Below are positions 49,674 through 59,387 of a stretch of 64,000 nucleotides of DNA, piece by piece. The DNA is from Acholeplasma sp. CAG:878 (lineage in GTDB: Bacteria; Bacillota_I; Bacilli_A; RF39; UBA660): positions 76,755-140,754 of the forward strand of contig HF989913.1 of the NCBI GenBank assembly GCA_000432255.1. Reading direction: 5' to 3'. Below the pieces are notes generated by a model, which was not told the origin of the DNA, did not search any database, and was given only the letters and a program-made list of their open reading frames with translations. Numbering within the stretch: the first letter of the stretch is position 1; each line of letters opens with the position of its first letter. A program made the position numbers and the translations under genes.

Positions 49674-50957
49674 TTTATAAAAATTAAATGTTACTTCTAA
49701 TTCAATGCTATCATCATTAACAATCTCTTCGTATGATTTACCTAATTTAGATTCTAATTCTTCTAAAGTGACAGGTTTATCAAATACTTTAAATGAATAC
49801 ATATCATACTTAATTAAATATCTTGAATAAATATCAGTTTTTTCTTCACGATAACTTTTGTTAGAACTATCTACCTTACTAGTATCACTGAAAGATGACC
49901 AACTAGTGTATGTATATAGTGAATCATCACGGTATTTATAATCATGAGGTTTAGTAGATGAGAAATAAGTTAAATAACCTCTTTTATCCTTATTGTACCA
50001 TCTATATGTATCATCATAATATGAATACATATTAACACCATTACCTTTTTCTTTAGTATATTCATCCCCAGGTTTTTCTACACTATATTTACCATTCTCC
50101 CAATATACTTTAGTTTTACCATCCATTTTATACCATTGGTAACCTTTTTTTGTTTGAATATGTCTATAACTAAATTCTTCTGGATAATCAAGAGACCATT
50201 CACTTGCTTCTGTTTTTAATAATGTGCTTGTATCTTTGTTTGGATAACCTTTAGGAGCAGTAGCACTAAAGCCACTATAGTTTACATTGTACTTATACCA
50301 TTTCCATTTTTTATCACGATAACTATAATAGGTTTTAGTATCTCTTACATATTCTTTAATAACAGCTGTATCTGGAATAGTAGGTAAATTTTTAGAATCA
50401 ATTGGTAAATTCACACCATTTGTTTCATTTTCACTTATTTTATTACTTGGATACCATTTTGTCCATTTAGAATTGTAATGAGTTACTTCTTGATAATTAA
50501 ATAATACTTCTACTTTCATATTTTGAACTTCATTATAGTTAGACGTTTTTTTGTTAAAACCTTTAGTTGTACAATAGGAAGCATTAGCTAAATTAAATGT
50601 TTTAACATATTCATTTCCGTATTTTGTATAAGTAACGCTACCTTCAACTGTTTTCTTTTTAAAAGTAACAGTATCAGTCATATTACTTAATTCTAGTGTA
50701 ATAGCTTCTCCATTTAATTTAGGGTATAAGTTATTACTTTCTAGATAAGAATCTGTAATTTGTATAATTTCATCTTTAATACCATTACATACTTTATTAT
50801 GTTTTCTATTAATAGTACCTTTGATAAAAACAAAAACGACGATTATTATAAAAGCAAAAATTAATAACATTTTAATTCCATCTTTAGATTTAAAATCAAT
50901 TTTTGAAAATCTTGTTTTGCCATTTTCTAGATTTTTTTTGTTCATAAAATAAACCAC
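49665..50957 (-). CDS. N-terminally anchored Trp/Tyr/Lys-rich repeat protein (430 aa), function unknown
   Basis: Single N-terminal TM; recurring W/Y-K motifs (YSYRDKKWKWYKYN, YRWYNKDKRGY, YQWYKMDGK). Confidence 0.55.
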   Translation of the reverse strand: MVYFMNKKNLENGKTRFSKIDFKSKDGIKMLLIFAFIIIVVFVFIKGTINRKHNKVCNGIKDEIIQITDSYLESNNLYPKLNGEAITLELSNMTDTVTFKKKTVEGSVTYTKYGNEYVKTFNLANASYCTTKGFNKKTSNYNEVQNMKVEVLFNYQEVTHYNSKWTKWYPSNKISENETNGVNLPIDSKNLPTIPDTAVIKEYVRDTKTYYSYRDKKWKWYKYNVNYSGFSATAPKGYPNKDTSTLLKTEASEWSLDYPEEFSYRHIQTKKGYQWYKMDGKTKVYWENGKYSVEKPGDEYTKEKGNGVNMYSYYDDTYRWYNKDKRGYLTYFSSTKPHDYKYRDDSLYTYTSWSSFSDTSKVDSSNKSYREEKTDIYSRYLIKYDMYSFKVFDKPVTLEELESKLGKSYEEIVNDDSIELEVTFNFYKEK

Positions 50958-51034
50958 CCAACAACATTATAACATTTTTTTCAATATTTGGACACTTTTT
51001 TTATTAATTTCATAAACTATATTAGGTGGTTTTG

Positions 51035-51382
51035 ATGGGAAAAGAAGAGTTTAAAACATTTGTTAAAAAAAATCCTAAATTGATTAAATATGTACAAGAT
51101 GGTAGTAGTTCTTGGCAAAAGTTTTATGAAATTTATGATATATATGGTGAGGATGAAAACGCTTGGAAAGATTATCTTGGCGTTGCCGAGGTAGCTGCTA
51201 CTACAGCTGGTATAGGTGATGTAGTAAAAATCTTTAAAAATATTAATTTAGATTCCATCCAAAACAGTGTTAGTAGCATTCAAAGAGTATTAGGTGTAAT
51301 TGGAGATTTAACTAATAAAGGCACTAGTACAAAAAAAGAAGAATATAAACCAAGACCAATTTATAAACATTTTGAGGATTAG
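51035..51382 (+). CDS. Small hypothetical protein, possibly YlbD-like
   Basis: ATG 51035 behind AGGTGG; adjacent to a YlbE-like ORF as in Bacillus ylbD-ylbE; assignment tentative. Confidence 0.45.
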   Translation: MGKEEFKTFVKKNPKLIKYVQDGSSSWQKFYEIYDIYGEDENAWKDYLGVAEVAATTAGIGDVVKIFKNINLDSIQNSVSSIQRVLGVIGDLTNKGTSTKKEEYKPRPIYKHFED

Positions 51383-51607
51383 ATGATTTTGGATTTACAA
51401 TTTAAAATAAAAAATAACCCTAATTACACAAAATACTTAAGAGAAAACTCATATTGGTATAAAATATTAAATAGATATCCAGAACAATTTACTAAATTTG
51501 AAGAAGAAGTAAAGGAAAAATATCAATTAAGAACAACTGATAGAATTAGTAAAGCTCTAGACACATTTGAAATGGTTACATCTATTTTATCTACTTTAAA
51601 AAATTAA
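51383..51607 (+). CDS. YlbE-like small protein (74 aa)
   Basis: Size and pattern (YLRENSYWYKILNRYPEQF) resemble the YlbE family; tentative. Confidence 0.45.
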   Translation: MILDLQFKIKNNPNYTKYLRENSYWYKILNRYPEQFTKFEEEVKEKYQLRTTDRISKALDTFEMVTSILSTLKN

Positions 51608-51611
51608 TGTT

Positions 51612-51641
51612 GCTAATACCTTTACTTACATGGTATAATTA
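51612..51641 (+). promoter_or_regulatory. Promoter of trpS
   Basis: TTGCTA, then 18 nt, then TATAAT, 17 nt before the start codon. Confidence 0.55.
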
Positions 51642-51657
51642 ACTATAGGTGATTTTT

Positions 51658-52665
51658 ATGGATAAAATATTAACAGGAATAAGACCAACAGGAAATCTTC
51701 ATATAGGACATTATTTTGGCGCGGTTCAAAATTGGGTGAATTTGCAAGAAAAATATGAATCTAATTTTGAAATTGCCGATGTTCAAGCCTTAACAGATAA
51801 TTTTAATGAACCAGAAAAAGTAAGAAAAAATGTATATGAAATCACTTTAGATTTGTTAGCATGTGGAATTAACCCAGATAAAGCAACTATATTTATTCAA
51901 TCATTAATTCCAGAAATCGCTGAAATGACTATATACTATTCTAATTTAGTTACAGTATCAAGATTATTTAGAAATCCAACTGTAAAAAATGAAGTTAATC
52001 AGAAAAAAGAACTATTCGGTTCGAATGGAGAAAGTATAACTTATGGATTTTTAGGTTATCCTGTTAGTCAGGCGGCTGATATAACAATTTTTGATGGAAA
52101 ATATATACCGGTTGGTGAAGATCAATTACCTTTAATTGAACAAGCAAGAGAAATTGTAAGAAAATTTAACTCTATTTATGGTGAAACATTTGCTGAACCA
52201 GAACATTTATTAACTGAAAATAAGAGAATTAAAGGTTTGGACGGAAATGAAAAAATGGGTAAAAGTTTAGGTAATGCTGTTTATTTAGTTGATAATGAAG
52301 AAATAGTTAGGAAAAAAATAATGGCTGCTGTTACTGACCCAAATAGAATAAAAAAAGATGATAAGGGAAATCCAGATATTTGTATGGTTTACTACTATCA
52401 CAATTTAGTTAATAAAGATAATGTTAATACTATTTGTAGTGAATGTAAAAATGGACAAAGAGGTTGTGTGGCTTGTAAAAAAGAGCTTATTAGAAGCATG
52501 ATGGACTTTTTAAAACCAATTCAAGATAGAAGAAAATATTATGAAGAAAATCCTTTGTTAGTAGAAAAAATATTAGAAGAAGGAACAAAAAGAGCAAGAA
52601 ATAAAGCAATTAAAAAAATGGAACAAGTTAGAAAAAATATGCAAATAGATTATTTTGAAAAATAG
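51658..52665 (+). CDS. trpS: Tryptophan--tRNA ligase
   Basis: Class-I HIGH motif (PTGNLHIGH) and KMSKS variant KMGKS; ~335 aa, the size of TrpS not TyrS. Confidence 0.85.
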   Translation: MDKILTGIRPTGNLHIGHYFGAVQNWVNLQEKYESNFEIADVQALTDNFNEPEKVRKNVYEITLDLLACGINPDKATIFIQSLIPEIAEMTIYYSNLVTVSRLFRNPTVKNEVNQKKELFGSNGESITYGFLGYPVSQAADITIFDGKYIPVGEDQLPLIEQAREIVRKFNSIYGETFAEPEHLLTENKRIKGLDGNEKMGKSLGNAVYLVDNEEIVRKKIMAAVTDPNRIKKDDKGNPDICMVYYYHNLVNKDNVNTICSECKNGQRGCVACKKELIRSMMDFLKPIQDRRKYYEENPLLVEKILEEGTKRARNKAIKKMEQVRKNMQIDYFEK

Positions 52666-52679
52666 AAGTCCTAAAACTT

Positions 52680-53204
52680 CTATTTTTTTGTATAAGATAT
52701 AAATCCGATTATTTCTAAAATCGAGTAAAATATTAATGCAAGGCCAATAAATTTAAATACTAAATTAGTTTTCAAAATTATGTATAGACCACATATAATT
52801 AAAAGTATGGAAACGATTAATCTTGATGTAAATGAGTTTTCTTTTGAGTTGAGTGTGTATATCAATCTCATAATTCCACTATATAAAACCCAAGAACCAA
52901 TAATTAATCTAACAACAGTTTCAATAACTCCTGAACACACTATTGAAATAATTCCTAATATAACTAAAACAATTGATGTTACTAATAAAGAATTATTAGC
53001 TATATTTAAGTTTTTATAAGTTTTTCTATATGATAAATAGTCAATAATTCCTACAATAATTAAAACACCACCTAAAATATAAGCAATAAATTCAACAATT
53101 CCTCCAGGATTTGTAAACAAAACACAACCAAGTATAAAAAATATAATTGAACTTAACAAAGAACTTTTTTCAGAATAATCGATTACATTTACTTTCTTTA
53201 ACAT
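52680..53204 (-). CDS. HdeD/DUF308-like membrane protein
   Basis: 174 aa with six short hydrophobic segments. Confidence 0.5.
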   Translation of the reverse strand: MLKKVNVIDYSEKSSLLSSIIFFILGCVLFTNPGGIVEFIAYILGGVLIIVGIIDYLSYRKTYKNLNIANNSLLVTSIVLVILGIISIVCSGVIETVVRLIIGSWVLYSGIMRLIYTLNSKENSFTSRLIVSILLIICGLYIILKTNLVFKFIGLALIFYSILEIIGFISYTKK

Positions 53205-53298
53205 ATCATCACCTTAATAAGTATAACATAGTTCTTTAATTAAGTCAATTTAAGTTGACAAGTCAACTTAAATACAATATAATTATTTGGGTGAGATA

Positions 53299-53715
53299 AT
53301 GAAAATAGATTTTGATTTTGCAATTATGTATTGTAGACAAATAAAACAAAAATTACAAAATGAAATAACATTAATTCTTAAAAATTATGATTTAACTTGT
53401 CCGCAAGGTTATTTTTTAAATTTATTTAATCATCACTCTATGTTAACTTTATCAGAAATTACAGATTTATTAGGTGTTGATAAAGCATATACAACAAGAA
53501 TAGTTAATTCACTATTACAAAAAGGGTTAGTTGATAAAACAGACAGCATAAGAAAATATTCAGTTTTTTTAACTGAACAAGGTAGGAAAATATTAAAATT
53601 AATTGCTAACGATGTTAAAAAAAATCGTGAAAAATTATTAAATGAAATTGGTGAAGAAGAATTAAATAATTTTAAAAATACATTAAAAAAAATAATAAAT
53701 AATTTGGAGGTATAA
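53299..53715 (+). CDS. MarR-family transcriptional regulator
   Basis: wHTH (LTLSEITDLLGVDKAYTTRIVNSLLQKGLV); ATG 53299 behind GGGTGAG. Confidence 0.8.
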   Translation: MKIDFDFAIMYCRQIKQKLQNEITLILKNYDLTCPQGYFLNLFNHHSMLTLSEITDLLGVDKAYTTRIVNSLLQKGLVDKTDSIRKYSVFLTEQGRKILKLIANDVKKNREKLLNEIGEEELNNFKNTLKKIINNLEV

Positions 53716-53716
53716 T

Positions 53717-56005
53717 ATGTTAGAAATAAGAAATATTAAAAAAAGTTATAAAACGGGAACATTTATTCAACATGCTTTAAAAGATGTTAGTATATCATTT
53801 AGACCAAATGAATTTGTTGCCATTCTAGGGCCATCTGGTAGTGGTAAAACAACACTGCTTAATATTATAGGTGGCTTGGATAGATATGATTCTGGTGATT
53901 TAGTCATTAATGGTAAATCAACTAAAAAATTTAGTGATAGTAATTGGGATAGTTATCGTAATAATTGTGTTGGGTTTATATTTCAAAGTTATAATTTAAT
54001 CAATCATTTAAATATTTTAGAAAATGTTGAAATGTCATTAACTTTAAGCGGAGTTTCTAAAAAAGTTAGAAAACAAAAAGCTCTTGATGCTCTTAAACAA
54101 GTAGGATTAATTAATCATGCTTATAAGAAACCAAATCAATTATCAGGTGGTCAAATGCAAAGAGTTGCTATAGCAAGAGCTTTAGTAAATGAACCAGATA
54201 TAATACTAGCGGATGAACCAACTGGAGCTTTGGATTCTACTACAAGTGTTCAGATTATGGAATTAATTAAAGAAATTGCTAAAGATAAATTGGTTATAAT
54301 GGTAACTCATAATAAAGAATTAGCTTATGATTATGCCAATAGAATTATCGAATTAAAAGATGGAGAATTGATTAATGATACTAATCCACATGAACAAAGT
54401 AAAAACAATCAAGAATACAAAATAAGAAAAACAGCTATGAGTTTTTTTACTGCACTAAGTTTATCATTTAAAAATATAGAAACAAAAAAAGGAAGAACTT
54501 TTTTAACTGCTTTTGCATCTAGTATAGGAATTATTGGAATCGCTTTAATTCTATCCTTATCTAACGGTTTTAATATAGAAGTTGAAAAATTTGAAAAAGA
54601 TGCTTTATCTAGTCTACCAATTATGATTAGTGAACAAACAGTTGAAATGGATGAAGATTCACTTGCTAAAATGCGTGATAGTTTTAAAATTGATAATAAT
54701 TCATATCCAAGTGAAGAGGTAATTTATATTCAAAAAGATATGGTTGAAGACACAACTCATACTAATATAATCAATCAAGAATTTATTGATTATATAGAGA
54801 AAATAAATCCTAAATATGTATCAGGAATATCATATATGCGTTTGGTATCTATAAATGCTTTATCTAAAGCAAAAGATGGCTATAAAATAATAGATAATTC
54901 ATATTTAACAACACTTCCTAAATCTTTAGATGAAAAACAAAATGATGTTGTAGAAGATAACTATGATTTATTAAAAGGAAAATTTGCAACTAATAAAGAT
55001 GAAGTTGTTTTAGCCGTTGATAGTAAAAATAGAGTAAATGAAAAATTACTAGAAATGTTAGGCTTTGATTTATCTAAAGACAATTTTACTTTTGATGAGA
55101 TATTAAACAAAGAAATAAAAGTTGTTTTAAATGATGATTGGTATATTGATAATAATAATTATTTTATTCCTAACTTTAATTATGAAGAATTATACAATAA
55201 TAAAAACAACTTGACTCTAAAAATAGTTGGCATTATAAGAGGAAAGGAAGATGCAAAATTAGTGTCTGCTTCATCAGGAATTGCTTACACAGAATCTTTA
55301 ATTGACTATATAGTAGAAAATAATAGTAAATCAAAAATAGTTTTGAAACAAAAAGAAGTTGATTATAATATTTTAACAGGTGAACAATTTAGAGAAGAAA
55401 AAGATAAAGACGCTGTATTATCATATTTAGGAAATGACAATTTACCAATTTTAGTAAATATATTTCCAAGAAATTTTGATTCAAAAGATGAAATTATTAA
55501 GTATTTAGATGATTATAATGAAACTAAATTAGAAGAAGATAAATTATTATATACAGACATGGCTAGTTTAATATCTAGTTTATCAGGAAGTATTATGGAT
55601 GCGATAACAATAGTTTTAATTGCTTTTTCATCAATTTCTTTAGTAGTATCATGTATAATGATAGGAATAATAACTTATATATCAGTATTAGAAAGAACTA
55701 AAGAAATAGGAATATTAAGAGCTATGGGAGCAAGACGTAAGGATATAACAAGAGTATTTAATGCTGAAACAATTATTATAGGATTGTGTTCCGGATTATT
55801 AGGAATTACTATAGCAAGAATATTAGTGTTTCCAGCTAATATAATTATTTATAATGCAACAGGATTGGATAATGTTGCTAAAATGAATCCATTGCATGCA
55901 TTGTTATTGTTAATTATAAGTATGTTATTAACAGTATTAGGTGGTTTAATACCAGCTAAAGTAGCAAGCCGTAAGAATCCAGTAGAAGCATTAAGAACAG
56001 AATAA
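53717..56005 (+). CDS. Fused ABC ATPase plus FtsX/MacB-type permease (762 aa)
   Basis: Walker A GPSGSGKTT; signature LSGGQMQR; Walker B ILADEPTGALD; C-terminal four-TM FtsX-like permease with a large extracytoplasmic loop. Confidence 0.85.
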   Translation: MLEIRNIKKSYKTGTFIQHALKDVSISFRPNEFVAILGPSGSGKTTLLNIIGGLDRYDSGDLVINGKSTKKFSDSNWDSYRNNCVGFIFQSYNLINHLNILENVEMSLTLSGVSKKVRKQKALDALKQVGLINHAYKKPNQLSGGQMQRVAIARALVNEPDIILADEPTGALDSTTSVQIMELIKEIAKDKLVIMVTHNKELAYDYANRIIELKDGELINDTNPHEQSKNNQEYKIRKTAMSFFTALSLSFKNIETKKGRTFLTAFASSIGIIGIALILSLSNGFNIEVEKFEKDALSSLPIMISEQTVEMDEDSLAKMRDSFKIDNNSYPSEEVIYIQKDMVEDTTHTNIINQEFIDYIEKINPKYVSGISYMRLVSINALSKAKDGYKIIDNSYLTTLPKSLDEKQNDVVEDNYDLLKGKFATNKDEVVLAVDSKNRVNEKLLEMLGFDLSKDNFTFDEILNKEIKVVLNDDWYIDNNNYFIPNFNYEELYNNKNNLTLKIVGIIRGKEDAKLVSASSGIAYTESLIDYIVENNSKSKIVLKQKEVDYNILTGEQFREEKDKDAVLSYLGNDNLPILVNIFPRNFDSKDEIIKYLDDYNETKLEEDKLLYTDMASLISSLSGSIMDAITIVLIAFSSISLVVSCIMIGIITYISVLERTKEIGILRAMGARRKDITRVFNAETIIIGLCSGLLGITIARILVFPANIIIYNATGLDNVAKMNPLHALLLLIISMLLTVLGGLIPAKVASRKNPVEALRTE

Positions 56006-56177
56006 ATATTTGAAAAATGATTTATTGAGTGTTATTATAAATAGTTATAAAACGTAATTGTCGATTTGTACAATTTAATTTGCAAATCAAACAAGTAGAA
56101 GTGATTAGTATGGTTAGACTGAACGATGTAAACAATAAGTCAACATATGGGGAGGGTATTTAGATAACCATAATAAA

Positions 56178-56223
56178 AACCACAAGGGTCTAAAAATAAA
56201 TTCCTTTTGTGGTTTTTGTTTTG
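56178..56223 (+). terminator. Terminator after the ABC gene
   Basis: AACCACAAgg ...15 nt... ccttTTGTGGTT then TTTTGTTTTG. Confidence 0.5.
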
Positions 56224-56225
56224 GG

Positions 56226-56420
56226 GAAAAAGGATTTACATTAGTAGAAATAATAGGAGCGATAGTATTATTGACAGTAATAGGCCTAATAATATATCCA
56301 GTAATAAATAATTTAATAGTGATTGAAACTCTTGATAATACTACTAATACTTCAGCAGATGGAATAAAATCATCTAGTGGTTATGTTCAAATGGTGAAAT
56401 TGTTTATACATTCACTATAA
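56226..56420 (+). pseudogene. Start-less fragment encoding a prepilin-type N-terminus, paralogous to the N-terminus of the 61997 gene
   Basis: Frame translation EKGFTLVEIIGAIVLLTVIGLIIYPVINNLIVIETLDNTT...*; no in-frame ATG/GTG/TTG upstream before a stop; begins inside the terminator T-run. Confidence 0.5.
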
Positions 56421-56520
56421 ATAGTATTAATACAACAATTGGTAAAAGAATGAATACGAAACCAGGTTTCAGAAGGTAGAAATATTTTAAATTTTGTTTT
56501 ATAATTAATATGGTGATATT

Positions 56521-57510
56521 ATGAAAAAAACATATATTATAACTGGCGCTAATGGATTTTTAGGTAATAATATAATAAGATTGCTGCAAAATATTGATTG
56601 CGAAATAAGAGCTTTAGCTCATTCAAAAGAAAAAATTAAAGCATTAGAAAACTTAAATTGTAAAATATATTATGGAGATGTAACTAAAAAAGAAACATTA
56701 AATAGTATTTTTGATGTTCAAAATGCAATTGTAATTCATTGTGCTGGAGATGTTTATATTAAATCAAAATATAGTGAAAATGTTTACAATGTTAATGTAT
56801 TAGGAACTAAAAACATAGCTGATTTGTGTTTGAAAAAAAATTTTAAACTAATTTATGTAAGCAGTGTTCATGCTATTCCGATTAATAAAAATGAAACATT
56901 ATCAGAAATAAAAGAATTTTTTCCTAATAAAGTAGTTGGCTGGTATGCTAAAACAAAAGCAGAAGCCTCAAATTATATTTTAGAATTAGTAAAAGAAAAA
57001 GGACTTGATGCTTGTATAGTTCAACCATCAGCAATTATTGGACCAAATGACTATAGCAATAGTAATTCAAATGAACTAATTAAAGACGTTATGTTAGAAA
57101 AATTTCCTGTTGCAATCAAAGGCGGTTATGATTTTGTAGATGTAAGAGATGTAGCAAGTGGTATTATTAATGCTTGTTATAAAGGAATTAAAGGAGAATG
57201 TTACATTTTATCTAATGAATATTATAGTGTTAGTAAATTGTGTAATTTAGTAAGTGAAGAATGTAATGTTAAAAAAATTAAACTAGCGTTACCTATATGG
57301 TTAATCAAACCATTCGCCCCTCTTTGTGAATTTTATTATAATATTAATAATAAAACACCTCTGTTTACAAAATGTTCATTGTATACAATTGGAAATAACA
57401 TTAAATTTTCTAATGAAAAAGCAAAAAAAGATTTAAACTATAAAACAAGAGATATAAGAAAAACGATTAAAGATACAGTTAATTTTTATAAAAACGACTA
57501 CAATTTATAG
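56521..57510 (+). CDS. NAD-dependent epimerase/dehydratase (extended SDR) family protein
   Basis: Rossmann motif TGANGFLG; catalytic YAKTK; 329 aa. Confidence 0.8.
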   Translation: MKKTYIITGANGFLGNNIIRLLQNIDCEIRALAHSKEKIKALENLNCKIYYGDVTKKETLNSIFDVQNAIVIHCAGDVYIKSKYSENVYNVNVLGTKNIADLCLKKNFKLIYVSSVHAIPINKNETLSEIKEFFPNKVVGWYAKTKAEASNYILELVKEKGLDACIVQPSAIIGPNDYSNSNSNELIKDVMLEKFPVAIKGGYDFVDVRDVASGIINACYKGIKGECYILSNEYYSVSKLCNLVSEECNVKKIKLALPIWLIKPFAPLCEFYYNINNKTPLFTKCSLYTIGNNIKFSNEKAKKDLNYKTRDIRKTIKDTVNFYKNDYNL

Positions 57511-57554
57511 TCGTTTTTAAATGGATAATTAATATTTTAGCTAAACATTTATAT

Positions 57555-59249
57555 CTATCTATCTTTTACTAAAGGATTAAAATTACTAATAGCTGAAACT
57601 AATTTAGGATGTCTAATTACAAAATGAATAACAGGGTCACTATTTTTAGATATAATGACATGAGAATTTTCTATTATAGTAATTGTAATATTTTTAAATG
57701 TTTTATTATCTACAATATTAAGTTTATAATTATCATTTTTATATTTTTTAGTCATTTCTAAGTGTTTTAAATATTCATCATAATTATATTTTATTTTTTG
57801 ATTACAGAATATATTTTCAATTGGAAAATTAAGACTATCATTATCATCTAGTATGTATATATTATCATTAATTACATTATTTTTAAGTATGTTTTTAATA
57901 TTATTTTCTTCTATTTTTTTGTATTTAACTATTTGTTTTATGTCATCTTCACTAATATTATTTCTTTTTAAAATATCAATTAATAATTCATCTTTTATAG
58001 TAAATAAAGGAAGAGTTGATAAAAATCTTTTTCTATTTCCATTTACCTTACTATCTTTAACTAAAAAGTGTTGGTAGTTATCAAAATCATTATAAATATC
58101 CATTAAGGAATTTGCTTTTTTAAGCAATAACCTTGCTTTTTCTTTATAGTATTCTACTTCCTTGCTATTACCTGTTAAATAATATTTACCTTTATTATGA
58201 TTTCCTTTTATACATTCACCAGTAAGAGCGCAGCTACCTGATACATAGTTTAATTGTTCATATATATTATTTTTATTATCTTTAAAATAATAAGGTGAGA
58301 CTTGACCTGTCATATAAATTGGAATCCAACTTTCAAGTCCTAGCATCATTTCATTGAATGGTCGATTTAAGTTATGAATTATATTTAAATGGAGTCCTTT
58401 TTTCAAACTCATTGCAATTGCAAACATCCATTTTTTTCCGAAATCGGTATCTTTTGCCATATCTTCCATCGGCATATCGCTACACATAAATATATCTTCC
58501 ATAGTTTTTGATAAAACAGTTCCTTTAAAAAAATCTAATTCTCCATTTTTCATTTCTTCTATTCCATAATAGTTTTTTGTTTTCACACGGTAAAAGGGAA
58601 TATTAGGTACTTTAAGTTCATCAAATTTGATTACTTTAATATAATCGTTTAAATTAAAATCATCTAAATTGTTTAAAAAGTCATTTATATAGTTTTTATT
58701 TGTTTTGTTATTAGTCAACCAATTATGAAGCAACAAAAATAATTTATTATTGTCTTCAATATCTTTATTTGTACAATTTAATATTGAAAGTAATTTTAAT
58801 TTAGAATCAGTTGAGTATTTAGTTACTATATAATTACAAATTTTATTTGAAAATTCAATTGGGTCAGATGGTTTAGCCTTACCATACCTAATTCTTGATA
58901 TATGCGAAGAATCAAAAGTAATATATCTTGACATCTCATTTATGTTTATTTTTAGGATATTTATTAATTCATTTAAATTCTCGCTGAAATTATCATAATC
59001 AAAGTCATCTTTAGTAATTGAATTTAATAATGTTTCAGTTATGATTTCTTTAGTATGCAAATCAATATTTTGAACTATACTAATTTTATATATAGCAGTA
59101 GCTAACTTTAATATTTGTTCCTCATTTGGTACTCTACTCCCACTTCTATATCGACTTATAACAGATTCTGATATATTTGATTTAAGAGACAATTCTTTAG
59201 AACTAATTTTTAATTCATTTAAATAGTTATTTAGTACATCTTTAAACAT
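57555..59249 (-). CDS. Transcriptional regulator with two tandem XRE-type HTH domains and a ~400-aa C-terminal domain of unknown function
   Basis: HTH1 LKISSKELSLKSNISESVISRYRSG; HTH2 ININEMSRYITFDSSHISRIRYG; ATG 59249 behind AGGTGA (GTG 59258 alternative). Confidence 0.55.
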   Translation of the reverse strand: MFKDVLNNYLNELKISSKELSLKSNISESVISRYRSGSRVPNEEQILKLATAIYKISIVQNIDLHTKEIITETLLNSITKDDFDYDNFSENLNELINILKININEMSRYITFDSSHISRIRYGKAKPSDPIEFSNKICNYIVTKYSTDSKLKLLSILNCTNKDIEDNNKLFLLLHNWLTNNKTNKNYINDFLNNLDDFNLNDYIKVIKFDELKVPNIPFYRVKTKNYYGIEEMKNGELDFFKGTVLSKTMEDIFMCSDMPMEDMAKDTDFGKKWMFAIAMSLKKGLHLNIIHNLNRPFNEMMLGLESWIPIYMTGQVSPYYFKDNKNNIYEQLNYVSGSCALTGECIKGNHNKGKYYLTGNSKEVEYYKEKARLLLKKANSLMDIYNDFDNYQHFLVKDSKVNGNRKRFLSTLPLFTIKDELLIDILKRNNISEDDIKQIVKYKKIEENNIKNILKNNVINDNIYILDDNDSLNFPIENIFCNQKIKYNYDEYLKHLEMTKKYKNDNYKLNIVDNKTFKNITITIIENSHVIISKNSDPVIHFVIRHPKLVSAISNFNPLVKDR

Positions 59250-59387
59250 AAAAATCACCTAGTATAATTATACACTAAATATTGGGCTTATGTAAAAGCA
59301 AATTGCCAAAAAAAACAATGTTTTAAATGGAAACTTGATTGCTTACTATTTTAAACTAAAATATAATAATGAAAGAGGTGTTTAATT

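Noticed and set aside
34591-49685. Shared 12-mer TTTATAAAAATT near 34591 and 49674 as possible attL/attR core
   Set aside because: In ~28% GC DNA an all-A/T 12-mer match between two ~250-bp regions is expected by chance about one time in four. It is not convincing without comparative data.
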